From assembly GCA_963707025.1 (NCBI GenBank), contig CAVPOM010000006.1:576001-640000 (forward strand): a stretch of 64,000 nucleotides of DNA, in the 5' to 3' direction. A program made the translations under genes and the position numbers. This document shows, piece by piece, positions 59,113 to 64,000 of this stretch; positions within the stretch are counted from its first letter, which is position 1; each line of letters begins with the position of its first letter. The notes under the pieces were generated by a model, which was given only the letters and a program-made list of their open reading frames with translations, was not told the origin of the DNA and did not search any database. This DNA is from an uncultured Verrucomicrobiae bacterium (lineage in GTDB: Bacteria > Verrucomicrobiota > Verrucomicrobiia > Limisphaerales > Palsa-1400).

Positions 59113-61038
59113 CAGGCGGGCACAAGTTCGACTCGTTCCATCGTGATCGCGCCCGTCGGACAACGCACCGCGCACAGGCCGCACCGGATGCACCGGGTTT
59201 CGTCCTTGATGATCGCCGCCTTGTTCGCCCGGGAGCGGGCACGCGGCCGTAACGGGCGAGAAAGGCCGCCTGCAAATTCTCGTTGCCGCGCAAATGGGCG
59301 GCATCCACCAGGCGCAGGCAATACTCCGGGCAAACGTCCGCGCAGCCGCCGCACAGAATGCACTCGTCGCCGTTGAACACCGGGCCAACGTGGCATTTGA
59401 GGCAGCGATCCGCCTGGCGGCGCGCGGCGGCTTCCGGATAAGTTTTTTCCACTTCGGCGATCCCGATGCGGCGATCCATCGGCAGCGTCGGCGGGGCCTG
59501 CCGCGCGAATTTTTCGTAATCCGGCTTCATCCGGTATTGCTGGGTGTTGAAAATGGTCACGCGGGCCTGCTGGGGTTCGGCGGGCACCGTGCCGGTGAGA
59601 AATTTGGCGATGGATTTGGCCGCGCGCTTGCCTTCGGCCACCGCGGTGATGATGATGCGCGGGCCAAACGCCACGTCGCCACCGGCGAAAACATCGGGCC
59701 GTGATGTGGCCATGGTCAGCGGATCGGTTTGCAGCGTGCCGCGCGGCGTCAGCTTCAAATTGTCGTGCGGGCTGGATCCACGCCAGATCGGCCGCCTGGC
59801 CGATGGCCAGCACCACGGTGTCGCAGTCCACCGTTTCCTCGCTGCCTTCGATGAACTGCGGGTTGAAACGGCGGTTCTCGTCGAACACCCGGCTGGCCTG
59901 GATGAGTTCGATGCCGGTGACTTTGCCGTTCAGACCGAGAATCCGTTTCGGGCCGAAGCGGGTGTGCAGTTGGATGCCTTCTTGTTCGGCTTCCTCGATT
60001 TCCTCGCGGGCCGCCGGGATTTCGTCCAGGCTTTCCAGGCAATACATGTGGACCTCCGGCACGCCGCTTGCGGATGGCTTCACGCGCCACGTCCAGCGCC
60101 AGCCGCACTTCATCGGGCGCTTCCGGTCCTTGGCGGTCAATTCTTCCAGCGCGGCGGCGGCCTGATGCAAGGCGACGCGCAATTCGGCTTCGCTCATGCC
60201 GGCGAACTTCTCGGCCTGGCGCACGACCGAGCGCGCCACGTCGAAGGCCACATTGCCGCCGCCGATGACCACGACTTTGCGGCCGAGGGAAACCCGAAAA
60301 CCGAGGTTGACATTGAGGAGAAATTCGATGGCGCGCAGCACCCCGTCGTTTTGCACGCCTTCGATGGAAAGCTCGCGGCTCTTGTGGGCGCCGATGCCCA
60401 GGAAGATGGCTTCGTAGCCCTGTGCTTCAGATCGGCCAGCAAGAAATCCCGGCCCAGCCGGCGAATTCAGGCGAATCTCCACCCCCAGGGATTCGATGGC
60501 CCCGATCTCGGCGCGGATGATGTCCCGGGGCAGCCGGTATTCGGGCACGCCCAGCACCAGCATGCCCCCCGCGACGTTGTGCGCCTCGAAGACCGTCGGC
60601 GAAAAACCCATCAGGGCCAGTTCATGCGCGCAGGACAAGCCCGGCCGGGCCGGCGCCGATGACCGCGATCTTGCGTCCGCCGCCGGCCCGTTCGCGTCGC
60701 GCGTCGCGCAGTTGGGGATAAACGCGGCCCAGATCAAAGTCGTCGGACTCGACACCGAACTTTTCGCAGACGAAACGTTTCAAGGCACGAATGGAAACGG
60801 CGGCGTCCAGCGCGCCGCGACGGCATTTGGCCTCGCAGGGCGCGGCGCAAACCCGGCCGCAGATCGAGGCGAACGGGTTGGGGGTGCGGGCGATGACGTA
60901 GGCGTCATCATAACGGCCCTCCGCAATGGCCTGCACGTAGCCGCCAGAGTCCGTGCGCACCGGGCAGCCCTCGCGGCAGAGCACCTGCCGGGAGAAATAA
61001 TTCACGTCCGGCAGTTCGACTGAATAGGTCGTGGGCAT
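59112..61038 (-). CDS. GltD/SudA/Nfn-like FAD- and NAD(P)-binding Fe-S oxidoreductase with C-terminal 2x[4Fe-4S]; several apparent indels
   Basis: [64 protein letters not shown]. Confidence 0.85.
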
Positions 61039-61064
61039 TTTCAGCCGTTCGGTTGGCTGGCGAA

Positions 61065-61560
61065 TTATTTGCCGTCGTACTTGTCGTGAAGTTCCTTGAT
61101 CTTGGTTTCCGCGGTCGTTTTTTCTTCCGGCGTGGCCTTGGCGAGTTTGTCGTCCACCATGGCCTTTTTGCGCACGCTGGAGTCATAGGCCAGGAACTCG
61201 TAGATCTTCTTGCCGTCGGCCGCGTTGATGTTCGAACCGGGCTTGTTCATCATGCGCTTGATGTAGCGGGACCATTCGTCGGGGAGCGCGTAGTCCGAGT
61301 TGATGGGGCGGCTCAACTTGTGGCACTGCGAGCATTTCTGGGTGAAAAGCTGCGTAGTTGTCCTTGATGACATCCGGGTATTTGGAAACATCAACCGTCG
61401 CGGGGCCTTTCTCGAAGCGCTCAACGCGCGCCTTGGTTTCAGCATCCATTGTCTGCGCGGTGGCGCGCCACAGGCCCGCGCCGGAGATGCCGAGCACAGC
61501 CGCCCCGGCGAGGGCGGCGGCCAGTCTTGTTGTCATTTTCATAAGAGTCATTTTGTTCAT
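61065..61560 (-). CDS. Periplasmic monoheme cytochrome c; apparent extra base near 61347
   Basis: Signal peptide in one frame, F.QKCSQCH...W..YI.RMM.KP in the next; joined by removing one T of a T4 run. Confidence 0.8.
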
Positions 61561-62910
61561 TTAGAATCCGTAGGAGAGTTGAAACACAAACGAAGTGGGA
61601 GGCAGGGCGCCGGGACCGCGGCTGTGCATCCATTCGTAGTCGCCCTCGAACCACAACGTGTTGGAAAAGTAATAGACATAGCCTGCGGTGTAGCGTTCTG
61701 TTTTGGTTCCCTGGCCGTCGTTTTCGCAATCAAAGCGGCCGACCAACTCGATATTGTTGATGTAGGGAAGATCCAGATTCAGGCCGGACAGTTTGTAGCC
61801 CGCCTGGGTCCACCATCCATGGGGATCGAGTTGGCCCAGGTCGTCGCTGCCGTACCACGTTTGGATATACTCGCCCTTCAGTTCAAAGTTGGGGCTGAGG
61901 TGGATGGCGGCATCCAGCACGCCGGCCGACCAGAGGTGGCTCCCGTTATCGCTCCAAGAGCCGGTCTGGCCTGAAACCCCCAGTTCCAGATCATAGTGAG
62001 GCGCCCAGGGGTAAAACCAACCGAGGCGGCCGCCGCCGCTGGGATCCGCATGCCAGTTCGGCGTGTCGCCCACATTGCCGCCCAGATCCAGCGCGCTGGC
62101 GTTGGCCATCGAGTTGCTGGCGCCGGAGGACGGTCCGTTGACCCCGTAAACCGAATAGGTGACCATCTGCCCGGACTCACCCACCGGGACGGCCCCGCGC
62201 AACTGGACGCCCACGCCGCTGGCCGGCAGAACGTCCCGAACCAGCGGGTCATCCGGGATCTTGTTGAGCCAGCCGGCGCCCCGCTCGCTATACGTGCCCA
62301 GCGGCAGCAGCATGTCGCCCGCCACCACCGTCACGTAATCGTTCCAGAGATAATCCAACTGGCCGAAACTCATGCTAAAGGAGGTCGAACTGCCTGGAGC
62401 ACGGTTGCCGTTCTGATCCACGTTGTTGTTCAGAATGGTGTCGAATCCCGCCTCGACCAGCACGTTGTCGCTGGCGCGGAACAGGAAAATGGGAGCAAAA
62501 TCAGCCAGGGCAAAGGCGCTGTGCTGCCCGGCCGTTTTTCCAAATTGCGCCTCGGCATCCCCGACAATGGTGAAGTTGTGCATCGGCCCCTGGGAGGCGT
62601 TGACGACGGGATAGGTGGATTGCACCTTGGCCACATTGTCGGCCGTCTGTTGCGCGTTGGTGGCGGCGGTTTTGGTTTCGCCCAACTGCTTTTGCAATTG
62701 CTGGATGACTTGTTGGTCTTGTTCGTGCGCCTTCTGGTCCTGCTCGTGGGTCTGCTCGAGCTTCTGGACTTTGTCGCCCAATTGTTCGACCATTTTCTTC
62801 AAGGCATTGAAGTCGTCGGTGCTCACTTGGGCCGAGGCCCGCTGGGGCAGAACCGCCCCCAGCGCGCAGGCGGCGGCCAAAGCTCCAAGAATCAGGGAAG
62901 TTTTTTTCAT
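61561..62910 (-). CDS. Outer-membrane beta-barrel (porin-like) with N-terminal coiled coil
   Basis: Signal peptide, Q/E/K-rich coil, amphipathic aromatic strands, terminal QLSYGF BAM signal. Confidence 0.8.
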   Translation of the reverse strand: MKKTSLILGALAAACALGAVLPQRASAQVSTDDFNALKKMVEQLGDKVQKLEQTHEQDQKAHEQDQQVIQQLQKQLGETKTAATNAQQTADNVAKVQSTYPVVNASQGPMHNFTIVGDAEAQFGKTAGQHSAFALADFAPIFLFRASDNVLVEAGFDTILNNNVDQNGNRAPGSSTSFSMSFGQLDYLWNDYVTVVAGDMLLPLGTYSERGAGWLNKIPDDPLVRDVLPASGVGVQLRGAVPVGESGQMVTYSVYGVNGPSSGASNSMANASALDLGGNVGDTPNWHADPSGGGRLGWFYPWAPHYDLELGVSGQTGSWSDNGSHLWSAGVLDAAIHLSPNFELKGEYIQTWYGSDDLGQLDPHGWWTQAGYKLSGLNLDLPYINNIELVGRFDCENDGQGTKTERYTAGYVYYFSNTLWFEGDYEWMHSRGPGALPPTSFVFQLSYGF

Positions 62911-62927
62911 GGGTCAAATCCTCTGGT

Positions 62928-63293
62928 TTAGTTGCTGCTCTCCTCCTGGAGGTACTTGAGCACCTCCCTGGCCTGCGGCGCGGGAAGGTTGGCCCGGACG
63001 CGCATGTGCGTCAGGACCGTCTTCCACTGGGACGGCGTGAATTCGGTGGGATACCGTTCCGCGTGGCAACGGCTGCAGTTGATGGCATACAAATCGGCGC
63101 CGGTGAGCTTTTTTGCCATCTGCTTCTCTTTGGTGTCTTTGGTCTCCTTGTTGGCGCCGGCGGCCGCGGTGTTCGTGGATTGCGGGTCGGCGCAGGCGAC
63201 CAACACGCCGGACACCACGCAGATGGCCGCCGCCAGGGCCGCGAGACTGAGCCAGGCCCGCAGCCGCAACTTCAATGGATGGGAACGCTTCAT
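62928..63293 (-). CDS. Small exported monoheme cytochrome c
   Basis: Signal/possible lipobox LVAC; G..LY..NCSRCH...W.....HMRVRANL. Confidence 0.82.
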   Translation of the reverse strand: MKRSHPLKLRLRAWLSLAALAAAICVVSGVLVACADPQSTNTAAAGANKETKDTKEKQMAKKLTGADLYAINCSRCHAERYPTEFTPSQWKTVLTHMRVRANLPAPQAREVLKYLQEESSN

Positions 63294-63470
63294 GGTTGTC
63301 CTTGGGTTGAGGTTATTCATCGCCAGGTTGCATTTCATGGTGCCCTTTCAAGCATGGTGAAATGATTAAGCTGGCGCAGAGAAAGCCGCTACTGGCCGGT
63401 TGGCTTTTGCTTATGGGCTATTGCGGTGGGGACAGCCGGGCGCCGCCTTGGGCGCGCCGGGCAGGCGGGA

Positions 63471-64000
63471 TTAAAAAGGCAATTGCGCGCGCAACGTCTC
63501 GCGGTATTCCGTCGGCGCCATCCCGACAATGCGCTTGAACACGCTGTTAAACTGGGGAATGGAGCCGAAGCCGGCCGCGTAAACCACTTCGGAGATCCGC
63601 AGCGAGGAATCCACCAGCAGCGTCTTGGCTTTTTCCACGCGCACCCGCGCCACGTATTCGGTCAGCGTCATGCCCGCGCCTTTTTTGAAAAGCTTGCAGA
63701 AATAAAACCGGCTGACATGCACATGCCGGGCCACTTGCGCCAGCACGATCGGCTCCTCCACGTGGGTTTGGACAAACTGCTTGGCGCTGACCACGGCCAC
63801 CGGTTCTTCATTGGCGCTGGCCAAAACCTGGCGGCTGGCGTAATCGGTCAGATATTGCGCGAACACGGTCAGGAGTTGAATGATCGCCTCGAATCGTTCC
63901 GCATCCACCACCGGCGTCTCGAAATAAGCCTTGCGCGCCTTCTTCTCCCACTCGGCGCTTTGCCCGAGCAGGGCGGCCACCATTTTGAAATCGCGCTCTG
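63471..64000 (-). CDS. AraC-family transcriptional regulator (5' truncated by window edge)
   Basis: VS.FYFCKLFKK..G, R.EKAK.LL, GF.SI.QFN..FKR..G..P..YR. Confidence 0.9.
   Translation of the reverse strand, partial: ERDFKMVAALLGQSAEWEKKARKAYFETPVVDAERFEAIIQLLTVFAQYLTDYASRQVLASANEEPVAVVSAKQFVQTHVEEPIVLAQVARHVHVSRFYFCKLFKKGAGMTLTEYVARVRVEKAKTLLVDSSLRISEVVYAAGFGSIPQFNSVFKRIVGMAPTEYRETLRAQLPF

Noticed and set aside
57820..59388. Apparent Rieske-cytochrome b fusion ORF (522 aa)
   Set aside because: Removing one A from the A5 run near 58675 gives a normal Rieske end ([15 protein letters not shown]) whose TGA overlaps the cytochrome b ATG; probably an indel artefact.
59390..59410. CLKCH in the oxidoreductase as a heme c site
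   Set aside because: It lies at the RCL.C motif typical of GltD-like C-termini in a protein with no export signal.
1..64000. tRNA or rRNA genes, prophage
   Set aside because: None recognised by eye.

Overview
GC-rich bacterial window, most likely Verrucomicrobiota (Pedosphaerales-like). This is inferred from gene content such as a GloVer-type repeat protein, yidC-jag and xseB-dxs gene order, and several GT-C/TPR proteins. Housekeeping genes: yidC, jag, xseB, dxs, an RlmD-type methyltransferase, tol-pal, lysA, a liv ABC transporter and an APC permease. Accessory content: a decayed toxin-antitoxin cluster, an apparently complete group II intron, an IS630 element that disrupts a carbohydrate-active gene, many short palindromic repeats, three GT-C+TPR membrane glycosyltransferases, and several large Thr/Asn-rich secreted proteins, three of which share a C-terminal '(S/N)x(D/N)L..W...FY(R/Y)' domain. 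The most notable locus is a minus-strand operon at 55.9-63.3 kb, downstream of an AraC regulator. It encodes a monoheme cytochrome, an outer-membrane beta-barrel, a second monoheme cytochrome, a GltD/Nfn-like FAD/Fe-S NAD(P)H oxidoreductase, a Rieske protein, a b6-type cytochrome b and a hexaheme cytochrome c. Many genes, especially at 56-61.4 kb, carry single-base indels that look like sequencing errors. All calls were made by eye; no searches were run.
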